From: Candidatus Magasanikiibacteriota bacterium | GTDB taxonomy: Bacteria; Patescibacteriota; Patescibacteriia; Magasanikbacterales; 2-02-FULL-50-9b | Assembly (NCBI GenBank): GCA_943355025.1 | Contig: CALRDW010000005.1 | Location: 244 to 64,243, forward strand | Reading direction: 5' to 3' | Length of the DNA stretch: 64,000 nt | In this document: positions 8,480-19,497 of the stretch, piece after piece | Layout of the letters: the number at the start of each line of letters is the position of its first letter | Numbering within the stretch: the stretch's first letter is position 1 | Made by a program: the position numbers and the translations under genes | The notes under the pieces: model-generated | What the model saw: only the letters and a program-made list of their open reading frames with translations | Database searches by the model: none | What the model was told of the DNA's origin: nothing

Positions 8480-8890
8480 TTACATTTTTACCCCTGCCTC
8501 TGGCTGCATCAAACCAAACAAATTACCTTCTGTGTCCTTAAAATATCCCAAAAAGCCGACGCCTGCCATATCCATTTTTGGCATCTGCAGAGCGCCACCG
8601 CCCGCAAGAATCGCCGCAGCCGTTGCGTCATAATCAGCAACTTCCATTGTGCACACAAACGCGTTCGCCGATGTGCCCTCGGTCGGAGCTGGCGCATTGC
8701 GCTTCATCATACCGCCGTTAATTCCCTTTTCGCCGACCTTCGTCATGATCATAGTATATTCAAACGATCCGCCGTCCGGGCCATTCTCGCCTTTCCATAC
8801 AGAAAACTCCCACCCAAATACATCGCCATAAAACTTCTTCGCGCGCTCAAGATCATCTGCCATGATTTCAAAGTGAACAAGTGGGGTCAT
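8480..8890 (-). CDS. VOC/glyoxalase family protein
   Basis: VHFEIMADDLERAKKFYGDVFGW...INGGMMKR...YFKDTEGNLFGL; start reassigned to ATG at 8890. Confidence 0.92.
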   Translation of the reverse strand: MTPLVHFEIMADDLERAKKFYGDVFGWEFSVWKGENGPDGGSFEYTMIMTKVGEKGINGGMMKRNAPAPTEGTSANAFVCTMEVADYDATAAAILAGGGALQMPKMDMAGVGFLGYFKDTEGNLFGLMQPEAGVKM

Positions 8891-9025
8891 AAAAAGCGTA
8901 AAAATTAATATATTCCAGTGTATCTTAAACCGCAAAATAAAAAAAGCCGTGCACGTTCCTAAAAAAATGCACGGCGCCATCGAACGGTCCCATCCAATGC
9001 CTCGCGCATGGATTGAGGTCTTCGA

Positions 9026-9598
9026 CTAGAACTGTTCAATTCGACGCAGTTTCTGTTCCGCGAGCCACTTTGCCGAAACAGGCCCTGGCTGTTCAGGCGC
9101 ACGAGCCGTCAAATCAGATATCTCCCCAAACAAATGGAATTGCCACTTGCCATACGACGAAAGATCCCCAGGCGGCTCCATCTGCGCTTCGAGAATACTA
9201 ACACACCGCAATGCTGTATCCGGATCATCATACACCGGCGACAGCGTCGGTTCCGCTTCGTCGACCCGCGCCCACAAATCATCGAACAAAAATGGCTCTG
9301 ACGGCTCCGTGGCGCGCACAAGCTGTATCATCTTTTGCAGACGAAACCCTTTCTGCGCGCGCTTCAGTGCTGCACGGCCATTATCGTCAAACCCGATTTG
9401 AAACCAACGTTCAAGTTGTGCCCACACTTTCCACTGCGAAAACGGAAAATACTTTTCTGGATCAATTCGCTTCCACGCAACAGAAAGCGTATCACGAGTC
9501 TTCGTGTTCGCAGCCATAACAATAAACAAGAGCAGATGCAGCAGGAGCAACATCTCAAACTGATTAAGCGCAACCTGTCTGCGCACACTTACGGTCAT
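9026..9598 (-). CDS. Hypothetical protein with N-terminal hydrophobic segment
   Basis: 190 aa ORF, GGAGG SD, terminator-like hairpin downstream. Confidence 0.6.
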   Translation of the reverse strand: MTVSVRRQVALNQFEMLLLLHLLLFIVMAANTKTRDTLSVAWKRIDPEKYFPFSQWKVWAQLERWFQIGFDDNGRAALKRAQKGFRLQKMIQLVRATEPSEPFLFDDLWARVDEAEPTLSPVYDDPDTALRCVSILEAQMEPPGDLSSYGKWQFHLFGEISDLTARAPEQPGPVSAKWLAEQKLRRIEQF

Positions 9599-9679
9599 GA
9601 CACCCTCCGAAATAACGTCCCGATATTGGGTGCCCCAAATTTACTCCCTCGCGGGTGTGACGTCAACCCCTACATACTT

Positions 9680-10291
9680 TTATTGTGCGGCTGGCTGTAA
9701 CCCAACAAATTGAAGTGTGATACCGTCAATTAATTTTTTAACCGCAGCAACAGGATCTTTAACAACGCTCGTATCATAATTATAAATACCCCGCAGTTCA
9801 AATGCGCCCCCACTGCTTGCTGTTCCCACAAATTTTATCATGAGCATACGTGGATTATCATTAATACCCTTAAACCCAAGCTGCTCCCACATTTTCGCGT
9901 CTTTCGCAAATGTGCGAATTGTATACGTAGTAAACGGATCGGCTTTCCTATATGCTTCGGTCCCTGTTTGAATAAACCCAACACCGTCATCGCTTGGTGC
10001 ATCAGTGCGAATCATAAATTCTGCGCTTTTATCCGCAGGCTCAATATCAAACACAATAGACTTATCAACATCCGCGCCATTCGCAACCGCTGACCAACCG
10101 TTTGGTGTTGCCAAAGAAATTGTACGGCCCAATGTCGCAGTGTGTGGAACCGAAAGTTCCGCCAGTTTTTGAATTGCCCGCGCGCGTGCGGCCGCAACAG
10201 CTGCGAGATCAGCATTTGAGGTTCTACTGCAACCAGGGCCTAATAATAAAATAGTTGCGCTACAAATAATAATTTTCGTTCTGAGTAACAT
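9680..10291 (-). CDS. Putative lipoprotein
   Basis: Signal peptide with LLLGPGC lipobox. Confidence 0.7.
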   Translation of the reverse strand: MLLRTKIIICSATILLLGPGCSRTSNADLAAVAAARARAIQKLAELSVPHTATLGRTISLATPNGWSAVANGADVDKSIVFDIEPADKSAEFMIRTDAPSDDGVGFIQTGTEAYRKADPFTTYTIRTFAKDAKMWEQLGFKGINDNPRMLMIKFVGTASSGGAFELRGIYNYDTSVVKDPVAAVKKLIDGITLQFVGLQPAAQ

Positions 10292-10389
10292 AAAAAAATC
10301 AGTTAAGTAGCCGGATTATACCACCACACACGAATTAAATAAAAACACCCGCCACACAGCGAGTGTTTTTATTTAATTATTTGAATGAA

Positions 10390-10896
10390 CTATTTCAAGA
10401 GTGCGTCTTTGACTTTTGAAACGGTTGCCTGATCTGCGTCCTTAAAGATAAGCTCGATTTCGTTTACTGATGCGTCGCCAAGACCACGAACAAATGAGTT
10501 CTGGTAGTTTGCGTCAGCTACTTTTACCACGTTATCAAATTGACCTGACATTTTTGCCATTACGATACCGCCACGACCATCTTTCGCGTCAACGACTGAA
10601 ACAATTACGCCTGAGCCCGTGATTTTGAATTCAGTAATTGCGGCAATTGCATCTTCAACACCGGTAAATAATGCTGTTCCTGCTGCTGTTTTGTCCTTCA
10701 TGGTGAAGGCAATGCCTGCTGCGGCAAGCTTTGCGCTAACCATTTCAGCACCGGTCTGTGCGGCTGCTGCAGGAGCTGCGGCCTGTTCGGTAGGCGCTGC
10801 ACCAGGCGCAGTTGCTACTGACTTTGCTGCTCCACATCCTGCACCGATGAGTGAAAATGAAACGAGAGCGATCGAGAGTTTTGTAAAATTTTTCAT
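10390..10896 (-). CDS. Putative lipoprotein
   Basis: LIGAGC lipobox, Ala/Pro-rich linker. Confidence 0.75.
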   Translation of the reverse strand: MKNFTKLSIALVSFSLIGAGCGAAKSVATAPGAAPTEQAAAPAAAAQTGAEMVSAKLAAAGIAFTMKDKTAAGTALFTGVEDAIAAITEFKITGSGVIVSVVDAKDGRGGIVMAKMSGQFDNVVKVADANYQNSFVRGLGDASVNEIELIFKDADQATVSKVKDALLK

Positions 10897-10951
10897 ATGC
10901 ACAAAATTATATCACACCCATGAAATAATTCAATCTATGTGTCAAGCCCTT

Positions 10952-12556
10952 TTAACTCCCCCCGCCATATTTTTCGTAAAAAGTATTTGTAAACAGCTCG
11001 GTCGGATCCATTTTTTTCTTTGCGGCAAAAAACGAATCAATATTCGGATATGCTGCATGCAATTCTGCCGGCGTATACACTAATTGATACGGCAAATAAA
11101 ACGATCCGCCAAGATTTGTCGCTGCATCAATTAAATCCGTTGTGGTTTTTTTCAAAATTTCAGAATCGCGCGTTGTAAACTTCTGATTAAAATATAATAC
11201 GAATGCAAACCGCTCTCCCGGCGCATACGGCAGCGCCGTAATTGTGTCTGCGTGCACGATTCGAATTGTTACGTTAAGCAAATTCGCATCATTTTTTATC
11301 ACAGTCGTACGCAGTGCATCGACGAATGCCGCCATCTTGTCCGGCGGAATAAAATATTCCTGCAAAATATCCGTGTCTGGTAAACGATTTTTTAAATATC
11401 TCATCGAGTCGTACATTTCTTGGTTGCGCGAAACAATGCACACCTCTTTTTGACTCATTGCTGCGTTGCGCGTCATGCAAGACCGAAGACGTGGCAAAGC
11501 AAATTTTTCTAAATTCCACCGCACCCATCGTCCAATCTTACCGGTCTTCGAAAAATTAATCACAAATCGTGCGAGCGCATCATGCACATCCGGCTGCAGT
11601 GGCGGCAATACCTCGGCCGAATTTATTTTTTCGTATGTGTGCACGGCGGTCTCGCGCAAAAAAGATGTTGGCGAAACTGACAAACGCGCATAAAATAAAC
11701 CGATATTTTTATTCCCCGGAATATTCTTCGCATAATATTCCGGAAACGATTTATAATCCGTGTAGTCAGTTTTGACTTCATATAATTCATTCGGGACAAC
11801 CTCAATCTGCGCGTCCAAAATTACGCCGAACAGACCATACCCGCCGAGCGCGTGAGCAAATAAATCAGAATTTTCCGTCGGACTTGCGATTTTAATTTCG
11901 CCAGTTGCTGTCATGATGCGTAGTGATTTTACCGTCGAAGCAACCTGTCCTGGATCGTGCGCGATGCCGTGTGCGTTAACACTCAAACTTCCACCAACAG
12001 TAAAAATATTTATTGATTGCATCGCTTTGACCGACAAACCGCGCGCATCCAAAAATTTCTGAATCTCCACCCACTTTGCGCCTGAACCAACAGTCAAAAT
12101 TTTTCCGTGCGCATCCACATTTATTTCATTCATCGCTCGCATGTCGAGCACAAGTCCATTTTTAACAAATGAGTGCCCGCCCATGCTGTGTCGCTCGCCC
12201 GCGCTCGTAACTTTTAAATTGTTTTCGCGTGCATATGCAAGCGCGTGCCGCACATCTTCTGTATTCGAAATTTTTACAATTCCATGCACTGCGGTTTTGT
12301 TGAGGCAGCTCGCATCATTAATAATGCCGCCACGCTGTTCAAATTCAAGGATGTATGAAGAATCTGGATGTTGAACAACGCGAATTATCGTCGGCTTTGT
12401 TTGATCAACGCTTTCGGGAAAAATAAAATCGCACGCCTTGGACGTCGTCGGCGCGGCACTTAAATCAAAAATCTTTTTGACGCAGAGCACCGCAAATAAA
12501 ATTGCCATGCAATACACTGCGTATCGTTTGCGCAGCGATGATTTTTGCTTTGACAT
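10952..12556 (-). CDS. FAD-linked oxidoreductase (VAO/ALO-DprE1-like) with N-terminal anchor
   Basis: AGERHSMGG, TVGGSLSVNAHG, GGYGLFGVI, GGSFYLPY, KKKMDP..F.N. Start trimmed to MSKQ; the ORF-track extension is antisense to pyrE. Confidence 0.88.
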   Translation of the reverse strand: MSKQKSSLRKRYAVYCMAILFAVLCVKKIFDLSAAPTTSKACDFIFPESVDQTKPTIIRVVQHPDSSYILEFEQRGGIINDASCLNKTAVHGIVKISNTEDVRHALAYARENNLKVTSAGERHSMGGHSFVKNGLVLDMRAMNEINVDAHGKILTVGSGAKWVEIQKFLDARGLSVKAMQSINIFTVGGSLSVNAHGIAHDPGQVASTVKSLRIMTATGEIKIASPTENSDLFAHALGGYGLFGVILDAQIEVVPNELYEVKTDYTDYKSFPEYYAKNIPGNKNIGLFYARLSVSPTSFLRETAVHTYEKINSAEVLPPLQPDVHDALARFVINFSKTGKIGRWVRWNLEKFALPRLRSCMTRNAAMSQKEVCIVSRNQEMYDSMRYLKNRLPDTDILQEYFIPPDKMAAFVDALRTTVIKNDANLLNVTIRIVHADTITALPYAPGERFAFVLYFNQKFTTRDSEILKKTTTDLIDAATNLGGSFYLPYQLVYTPAELHAAYPNIDSFFAAKKKMDPTELFTNTFYEKYGGGS

Positions 12557-12673
12557 AAAAAATTGTATCGAAAGTATAGCACAAACAGACCCTTGACAAA
12601 TCAGCTCCGAGCGTACACACTTCAGACCAGGCAAGCCCCTTAACATTCGCCCCCCCCACCACAGGAGTCCTCC

Positions 12674-13426
12674 ATGAACCTCCAACGCATTCCGATTCTG
12701 GAGCAAATCAAAAACGAGGCCCGCACTCGGGAAATCCTTACGAGCTGCGGCGCCATTCATATAAATGAACACTTCGTTTATACGAGTGGCCTGCACGGAT
12801 CGGCGTTCATCGATAAAGCAGCGATCGTGCCAAACCCCCTGCTGTTCGATGAACTCGCCGCATTCATCGCTGCCGAAACGCGACACATGTTGCCTGAAGT
12901 TGTTCTCGGCGCCGCAGTTGTTGGTGCAATGCTCGCCATGCCCGTTGGACGACACCTGCACACGCAGATAAACCACCCAGCGTGCTCGCCGCGTGTCATA
13001 TTCGCGGACAAAGAAATCTATCATCCGCGCGACGAGCACGGCAACCTCTTTTTTGACAACAGTGGCGAGCCACGCATCGAAGAGCGCCTCGTCATCAAAC
13101 GCGGCTACAGCCCAATGCTCCGTGGCAAAGCAGTGCTCATTGTTGAAGACATAATCAACACGGGCAAAACCGTTCACACGCTTATGAACCTTGCTCGGAA
13201 TGCTGGCGCTCGTGTGATTGGCATCGCGGCACTCTGCAATCGTGGCCCCTGTACAGCCGCTGATTTTGGAGGCGAACCACTCGTTCTCACCTCGCTCGTG
13301 CAGCTTAAAATGGACGTGTACGATCCAAAAATTGGAGTATGTCCTTTGTGCCACGCGGGCATCCCAATTAATGAAGAGCTCGGCCACGGAAAAGAATATA
13401 TGGAACACCGGCGCCGAGTCGCATAA
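12674..13426 (+). CDS. pyrE: Orotate phosphoribosyltransferase-like type I PRTase
   Basis: HFVYTSGLHGSAFIDK, PRPP motif VLIVEDIINTGKT, C-terminal CPLC; AGGAG SD. Confidence 0.8.
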   Translation: MNLQRIPILEQIKNEARTREILTSCGAIHINEHFVYTSGLHGSAFIDKAAIVPNPLLFDELAAFIAAETRHMLPEVVLGAAVVGAMLAMPVGRHLHTQINHPACSPRVIFADKEIYHPRDEHGNLFFDNSGEPRIEERLVIKRGYSPMLRGKAVLIVEDIINTGKTVHTLMNLARNAGARVIGIAALCNRGPCTAADFGGEPLVLTSLVQLKMDVYDPKIGVCPLCHAGIPINEELGHGKEYMEHRRRVA

Positions 13427-13601
13427 CGCGTGCCGCCGCCTGTTCAATCGCACCCAGCCCTAGAAACCCGACAGCACCCACTGCTCTCGGGTCTTTTTTT
13501 AACCAAAAAATATCCCACGCCTTCGAAAGACGCTTGACAAACGAGCCGTTTTTTGCTATAAAAATAGAAGCCGATCCTACATTTCCGGCTGGAGAGAATT
13601 C

Positions 13602-14405
13602 ATGTGCTTACACACAGAGATAGCACCGGCAGCGATTCCTCTTTTGCTCAAACCGTGGCTCGATATTATCGACGCGGAAGAAAAAGAACGTGACGAAATT
13701 CTTACTGAAGTCGAGAGTCTCAGTGAGCTCAAACTGTCGGGCGAGGATTGGATTCGAAACTCGATCATTACGCTGGCCATTGAAAATGTGGCTGACAGAA
13801 TCACATCAACAGATGTGCCGAATTCGGAGGTATTTCTCACCCTTGCTGATCTCGATGCAGCGCTCGTTGAAAATTCACTACTGTTCACAACAAAAATTAA
13901 GCTTGAAAAAAAACCCGACATGGCGCGCCGCCTTGCAAGGGTTAGTGCTACAAGCAGAATTTTGCGCCTGCAGTTGTCCTTCATACTCCGACACGTGCGC
14001 CGCCTCGCAAGAACCTACGGTGAGATTCGTGCATTGCTTGAGCACATGACGAATGAAGCAGCGTCATGCGACTCAGATCCGCTGGCCCTCATCAAACAAA
14101 GCCCTGCTTTTTGGCAGCACATCTTACGGCTCTCTTTCTCGCGCGAAACCTATCGTCGGCGCCTTCTCGAGCACATTTCAGAACATGACAACGACCTCAT
14201 TACAAAAGTGATCGTTCGGTCTGCTGCTATTCTCAACGAGATTCGTGAGCCGGGCGCACAAGCTCTAAACCCAGATCCAAACACAACCAAAGAGCTGCTA
14301 AGTGCGTACATGTCGGCCATTCCGGTGCTTATCCAATGGGTCGACAAACGCACGGCCGATATCTATGGTTCGTCAGAGCAACTTGTTGACGTCTCGCGCA
14401 AATAA
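13602..14405 (+). CDS. Hypothetical helical protein
   Basis: 267 aa ORF with own TTGACA...TAAAAT promoter, GGAG SD and terminator. Confidence 0.65.
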   Translation: MCLHTEIAPAAIPLLLKPWLDIIDAEEKERDEILTEVESLSELKLSGEDWIRNSIITLAIENVADRITSTDVPNSEVFLTLADLDAALVENSLLFTTKIKLEKKPDMARRLARVSATSRILRLQLSFILRHVRRLARTYGEIRALLEHMTNEAASCDSDPLALIKQSPAFWQHILRLSFSRETYRRRLLEHISEHDNDLITKVIVRSAAILNEIREPGAQALNPDPNTTKELLSAYMSAIPVLIQWVDKRTADIYGSSEQLVDVSRK

Positions 14406-14563
14406 CATCAGAAGATTTACTGTCAACCCAGTTAAATCTGGCCGCTTGCACGTACTCTGCAGGCGGTTTTTTATTTGCACAATCCGCCTTCGACCAATGG
14501 AATGCCTCAAATTTGACAAATTACAGTCCTTTTGATAGACTCCGTACATCTTTTTCGAAATCT

Positions 14564-14878
14564 ATGATCGCAATCGTTGAAACAGGTGGCAAGCAATTCA
14601 TTGTGAGCCCAAACACAAAAATTCAGGCTGAAAAGCTCACAGGTGACGCGGGTGAAACAATTACCTTTGATAAGGTGCTTTTAGTTGCCGAGGAAGACGG
14701 CGCCGACCTTAAAATTGGCACGCCTGAGGTAACTGCAAAAATTGCAGCAACGGTATCGCGCCAGTTCCGCACCCGCAAAATTATGGTGCGCAAATTTAAG
14801 AACAAAGTTCGCTACCACCGCACAGCCGGACATCGCCAGCACAAGACCGAAATCAAAATTGAATCGGTTACTGCATAA
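14564..14878 (+). CDS. rplU: 50S ribosomal protein L21
   Basis: MIAIVETGGKQFIV...GHRQHKTEIKIE. Confidence 0.97.
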   Translation: MIAIVETGGKQFIVSPNTKIQAEKLTGDAGETITFDKVLLVAEEDGADLKIGTPEVTAKIAATVSRQFRTRKIMVRKFKNKVRYHRTAGHRQHKTEIKIESVTA

Positions 14879-14887
14879 TTGCAGCAC

Positions 14888-15367
14888 TCACTTCTCAACA
14901 ATTTGAACTGCATCCCCGATCTTGATCCCAAGACGGTCTGCTGTTCCCGCAACTACTTCGACTACCCGACTGGCGGGTAGTCTTGGTGCATATTTTGGTA
15001 AATCAACATCTTGAAGACCGATTCCCGGCGGGACACGCGGCGCGATATCAATTATTTTTCCATTTTGGACCCAAATAATATCAAGCGCGTAGTTCATGTC
15101 TTTCATCCAAAAAACGTACTGCCGCGCGCTATCAAATTTAAAAACCATCGCCTCATTTTTGCCGAGGCTGTCTGTTCCTGAAAGTCCTTTTTCGCGCTGC
15201 GCACCCGACGATGCAACGCGCGCAGAAAATTCTTGTCCTCCCATCCGAACCGTTGCAACGCTATACAGTCGAACAGCAATCGTTTTGCCAATAAGTCCAA
15301 CGACAAACAAACACGCAAAAATTATTACTATGATGCGTGGTGGATTTGATGATTTGATCAAAGCCAT
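14888..15367 (-). CDS. DUF192 domain protein
   Basis: REKGLSG..L...AMVF.F...FWMKDMNYALDIIW...VVEVVAG. Confidence 0.92.
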   Translation of the reverse strand: MALIKSSNPPRIIVIIFACLFVVGLIGKTIAVRLYSVATVRMGGQEFSARVASSGAQREKGLSGTDSLGKNEAMVFKFDSARQYVFWMKDMNYALDIIWVQNGKIIDIAPRVPPGIGLQDVDLPKYAPRLPASRVVEVVAGTADRLGIKIGDAVQIVEK

Positions 15368-15372
15368 ATTTT

Positions 15373-16404
15373 TTATCGGCGCAACCGAGCTTCAAGAATT
15401 ATCGATGTCATGAGCGTGCACAGCAATAAACCTATAAGAACGATGAGTTTCCCCGTGCTTTGTAAAATGAGTGCGGTTAGACCGGCAAAAAAACCGACAG
15501 CATAATAACTGAGCACAGCAGCCCTATGACTCAGGCCGCTGCGGAGTAACAAATAGTGAAAGTGAGACTGGTCGCCTCTAAAAATTGATTGCCGTGTTAC
15601 TGCGCGAACAATCATGACGCGCACAACGTCGAACACGGGGAGACCCATGACTAAAAGTGTTGTTGCGATTTTACTGCCACTGAGAATTGCAAGAATGCCA
15701 AGAAAAAAACCGAGAAATAACGAACCGCCTTCGCCGAGAAAGGCGCGTGCAGGATGAAAATTATAGATGAGAAATCCAAGACACGCGCCCGCAAAAATCG
15801 CCGCAAGAAATCCGATGCGCGGTTCGTAATAGCGCGTTGTCGCAGTAAACGCGACGATCATAAGTCCCCCAATCGCGGAAAGTCCGGTCGATAACCCATC
15901 GAGTCCGTCAAGTAATTTTGTTCCGTACATCATCGCCATGAGCCACACAAAGGTCAGTACGGCAGGCAGCCACCACACAGCACCAAACTCAAGAACACCA
16001 CCGTGTGGATTTGTAACTCGAGCAACAACGATTCCCGACCACACGACAAGCAATGACGCGAGCGTTGGTGCGATAAGTTGTACGGGTGCAGGTAGTTGGC
16101 GTTTGTCGTCAAGCGCGCCGCCAATCATGAGGAGAAGTGTCGCGGCCGCGAGCGCGAGCCACTTGCGAATAGAAAGCGCTGGCATTAATTCGGGAAACGT
16201 GTGGGCGACAACGAGCAATACTGCAGACAGCGTGAGCGGAATTACTATGCCACCACCAAGAACAATTGGACGTGCGTGCACTTTTCTAGAGGCTGCCCGT
16301 GGATCATCGATAAAACCATGTGATCTGAGCAGCGGCAACACGCCAAGCGCACCGAGCGCCGAGCATGCAAACGCCGCAATTCCTGCAAAAATCGTGCTGA
16401 GCAT
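15373..16404 (-). CDS. MraY/WecA/TagO family (GT4) polyprenyl-phosphate GlcNAc-1-P transferase
   Basis: RKVH..P..LGGG, GALDDK, DGLDGL, YNFHPARAFLGEGGS, GDQSHFH. Confidence 0.92.
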   Translation of the reverse strand: MLSTIFAGIAAFACSALGALGVLPLLRSHGFIDDPRAASRKVHARPIVLGGGIVIPLTLSAVLLVVAHTFPELMPALSIRKWLALAAATLLLMIGGALDDKRQLPAPVQLIAPTLASLLVVWSGIVVARVTNPHGGVLEFGAVWWLPAVLTFVWLMAMMYGTKLLDGLDGLSTGLSAIGGLMIVAFTATTRYYEPRIGFLAAIFAGACLGFLIYNFHPARAFLGEGGSLFLGFFLGILAILSGSKIATTLLVMGLPVFDVVRVMIVRAVTRQSIFRGDQSHFHYLLLRSGLSHRAAVLSYYAVGFFAGLTALILQSTGKLIVLIGLLLCTLMTSIILEARLRR

Positions 16405-16405
16405 A

Positions 16406-19105
16406 CTACCCTTTTTTAATAGTGACACCGCCAGCATCAATAACAACAGTATCTTTTCGATTCAATTGATTTTGAAGCAGCATTCCAGCGATCGCATTTT
16501 CAACGCGGTCTTGAATAACACGGCGCAGTGGGCGCGCACCAAATTCCGGATCATACCCCGCAGCTGCAAGCTCTGCGACTCCCGCATCAGTCATCTCAAG
16601 CAGAACGCCACGCTCTTCCAATTTCTTTCCAATGCCGCGCAAAATATTCCGCGCAACTTCTCCAATCTGAGATTCTGTCAGCGGACTAAACAATACAACT
16701 GCATCAAATCGATTGAGAAATTCTGGTTTGAAATATTGTTTAAGTTCACCGTGGAGCAATTGTGTTTTAATACGCTCGCCACTCGTCCCCGCACGAATCT
16801 GCTCTTGAACAAATTGTGTCCCTGCGTTTGATGTCGCGATCAAAATCACATTCGTAAAATCAATAACACGTCCAACAGAATCTGTCAGTCGTCCGTCATC
16901 CATGACTTGTAAAAACAAATTTAAAATATTTGGATCCGCCTTCTCAAGCTCGTCAAGCAGCACGAGCGAAAATGGTTTTTGACGAATTGCTTCCGTTAGG
17001 ATTCCTGTACCTTGCTGATTTGGTTGCCCGATCAAACGATAAATACCGCTTGTGTCTTGATATTCTGACATATCAATACGAACCATCTGCGATTCGCTTC
17101 CGAAATAAACTTCCGCAATAGTTTTTGTCAATTCTGTTTTTCCAACGCCGGTCGGACCAAGAAATAAAAAGTTAGCAATCGGCCGCTTGTTGCTCCGAAT
17201 TTCTGCTCGCGCGCGCCGCAGCGCATTCGCAACAAGTGTAACCGCCTCGTCCTGTCCAATAACGCGCCGATGCATTTCTGTTTCAAGCCTGAGCAATTTA
17301 TCGGTCTCATTTTCTGTGACTGCAGTAACTGGGATTTTTGTTCGCTGTGCAATAATTGTCGCAACATCATCTGCAGTTATCAATTGCTCTTTGCCTCGTT
17401 TATTTCGAACATGCTGCGCAACTTCATTACAAATTTCAATCGCGTTTTGCGGCAAATACGTGTCGTGCAAATATCTTTGACACATTTGTGCAGCGCGTTC
17501 GAGCGCCTCGTACGAAAACCACACGCTGTGTTTGAACTCGATAAACCCTGCCTTTGCTTCGAGTACACGGATTGCAGCATTGAGATCCATTTCATCAATA
17601 TCAACTTTCTGCAGCACAGTTGCGAGCTGTTGATTTGCAATCGTGCGATTGTATGCTTCCGGCGTTGTTGTTGCGATCGTCAAAAAATTTCCTTTTCCAA
17701 GCTCAGTCGCGAGCACACTCGCAACATCAAGACTCTGCTGCTGTCCAATGGTAATTCCAATCATTTTTTCAATTGACGGAATTACCAGAATAATATTTCC
17801 CGCTGCGCTGAGTTCATTTAATAATTCGAGCAACCGCTCTTCTGCCTCAACTGGACTCGCGCCTGCCAACAATTTTGGAAGATCCAACTCAACCAATCGC
17901 TTATCGCTTAAAATTTCTGGCACATTTTCTGCAACCATGAGCTCTGCAATTCCGTTGATAATTGTTTCCTTACCAACGCCGTGGTTACCAACCAGCAAAA
18001 CACTCGTGCTGCCGCCCTGCAAAATGCGAAAAATTGTTTCCAGTTCTGCATCGCGCCCAATCAGAGGCTCAAGCGCGCCGTATAAAGAAGCGCGCGTCAA
18101 ATCTTGGCTCAAAGAATTTAAAAACGGAGTCGCGATTGCCGTCATCGCACGATTAATGTCGCCCTTTTTACTGCGGCCATGACTTCCGCGAATCCGACGC
18201 TGTCGCGCACGCTTCATCTGTTCACGAACGCGTACCCATTCAACTCCGTTATGTAGCGTCTCAGGCTTCACGCCAAAATCAAAAAATAAATCCGCGATTT
18301 TTTGTTCAGCCGAAACAACAGTCAAAAAAATATCCGTCACGTCAACAACTGGTGAGCGATTCATCCATGCCTCTTCATAACTATTAAAAATGATCTGCCA
18401 CACAGTCGTGCTTAAAATCGGCTGCGCAAGCGCTTGCTCTTTCACCATACACGCATCAACCGCCGCTTGCAGATGATCAAGCGGTACAAGTAACCGCATA
18501 CACAAACTTTGAATGCGTGTGTTTGCTAAAATCGCGCGCAACAAATGAAACGGCGTAACGTGTGAAGCTGTACTGTGCGCCGCAATACCATACGCATCTT
18601 CGATTGTTTGTAGTGCATCATGCGTAAATGCAGTTGAAATATTTTGCACTTTTGATTGCGGCAATGCATGTACCTCTTCCCAACTAATTTCTGCCTTCTC
18701 TATGTGATCGTCCGCACCTTCAAGGTATGAGTGGGGCGCGACCTCTGATTCTATTGGACGCAGACGAATATTTCTCGAAATCAAAAAAAATAATGCGAGT
18801 CCGCCAAAACCAAGAAGCGGAAGTGTGCTTGCATCAAACCCAGATTGCGTTATTTTAAATATAAATAAACCAACGCATGCTAACAAAAATAATCCGAGCA
18901 CAATCGATAGTGCTGCATCAAATTGACGTTTAATTCCACGGTACTGAATTGAATACGTGTCGATCGTGTGGTTCCAAAATAAAAACCGATCATGCGCAAA
19001 ATAACCAACAATTTTTCCGTGGCACGCCGCACACTCATGTCGCTGGACACGACCCGTGCCTTTACACACACTGCATCCGATAAGTGGACGGTTGGTCAGT
19101 GACAT
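16406..19105 (-). CDS. Membrane-anchored ClpA/B/C-family ATPase
   Basis: N-terminal CxxCxGxG zinc motif plus 2 TM helices, Clp N-domain, degenerate NBD1, intact NBD2 (GPTGVGKT, IDMSEY, LLDELEKA, KPEFLNR, GARPLRR). Confidence 0.92.
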   Translation of the reverse strand: MSLTNRPLIGCSVCKGTGRVQRHECAACHGKIVGYFAHDRFLFWNHTIDTYSIQYRGIKRQFDAALSIVLGLFLLACVGLFIFKITQSGFDASTLPLLGFGGLALFFLISRNIRLRPIESEVAPHSYLEGADDHIEKAEISWEEVHALPQSKVQNISTAFTHDALQTIEDAYGIAAHSTASHVTPFHLLRAILANTRIQSLCMRLLVPLDHLQAAVDACMVKEQALAQPILSTTVWQIIFNSYEEAWMNRSPVVDVTDIFLTVVSAEQKIADLFFDFGVKPETLHNGVEWVRVREQMKRARQRRIRGSHGRSKKGDINRAMTAIATPFLNSLSQDLTRASLYGALEPLIGRDAELETIFRILQGGSTSVLLVGNHGVGKETIINGIAELMVAENVPEILSDKRLVELDLPKLLAGASPVEAEERLLELLNELSAAGNIILVIPSIEKMIGITIGQQQSLDVASVLATELGKGNFLTIATTTPEAYNRTIANQQLATVLQKVDIDEMDLNAAIRVLEAKAGFIEFKHSVWFSYEALERAAQMCQRYLHDTYLPQNAIEICNEVAQHVRNKRGKEQLITADDVATIIAQRTKIPVTAVTENETDKLLRLETEMHRRVIGQDEAVTLVANALRRARAEIRSNKRPIANFLFLGPTGVGKTELTKTIAEVYFGSESQMVRIDMSEYQDTSGIYRLIGQPNQQGTGILTEAIRQKPFSLVLLDELEKADPNILNLFLQVMDDGRLTDSVGRVIDFTNVILIATSNAGTQFVQEQIRAGTSGERIKTQLLHGELKQYFKPEFLNRFDAVVLFSPLTESQIGEVARNILRGIGKKLEERGVLLEMTDAGVAELAAAGYDPEFGARPLRRVIQDRVENAIAGMLLQNQLNRKDTVVIDAGGVTIKKG

Positions 19106-19106
19106 A

Positions 19107-19478
19107 TCAAATCACAAAATGAAGAATGGGCGAAACAATTAAATAAACGGCGATGAGTGGCGCCGCAAGCCACACACAAAAAATAATAAGGGCTCCGATG
19201 CTCCACGCAAAAACCTGAATCAGTTTCGCAAGTATTGTTAAAAAGCGGAGGCCAATACTAATCCCGCGACTCCATGCATCTCGCTGTCCGTACATGGGCA
19301 CGAATAAATTTTTTATCCAAATAGCGATGTTTGTTTCGACCCACATCGCGCGAATAGAGCTAAATAAACGCGAAATGATCCAACGTGCGCCCGATGTATA
19401 CCACCAAATCGGCGCATATGCGGCGTCGACAAGAGTATCAAAAAATAAGCGCCCAACCATGGTCATTGTTTGCGTCAT
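19107..19478 (-). CDS. Small membrane protein coupled to the Clp ATPase gene
   Basis: PIWWY, KNLFVPMYGQRD, C-terminal TM segments; 1 bp from the clp start. Confidence 0.75.
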   Translation of the reverse strand: MTQTMTMVGRLFFDTLVDAAYAPIWWYTSGARWIISRLFSSIRAMWVETNIAIWIKNLFVPMYGQRDAWSRGISIGLRFLTILAKLIQVFAWSIGALIIFCVWLAAPLIAVYLIVSPILHFVI

Positions 19479-19497
19479 AGCGCCACAAGTATACCAC

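Noticed and set aside
12557-13453. N-terminal 300 aa of the 833-aa ORF as a fusion
   Set aside because: It is the antisense shadow of pyrE; the oxidase motifs begin after MSKQ at 12556.
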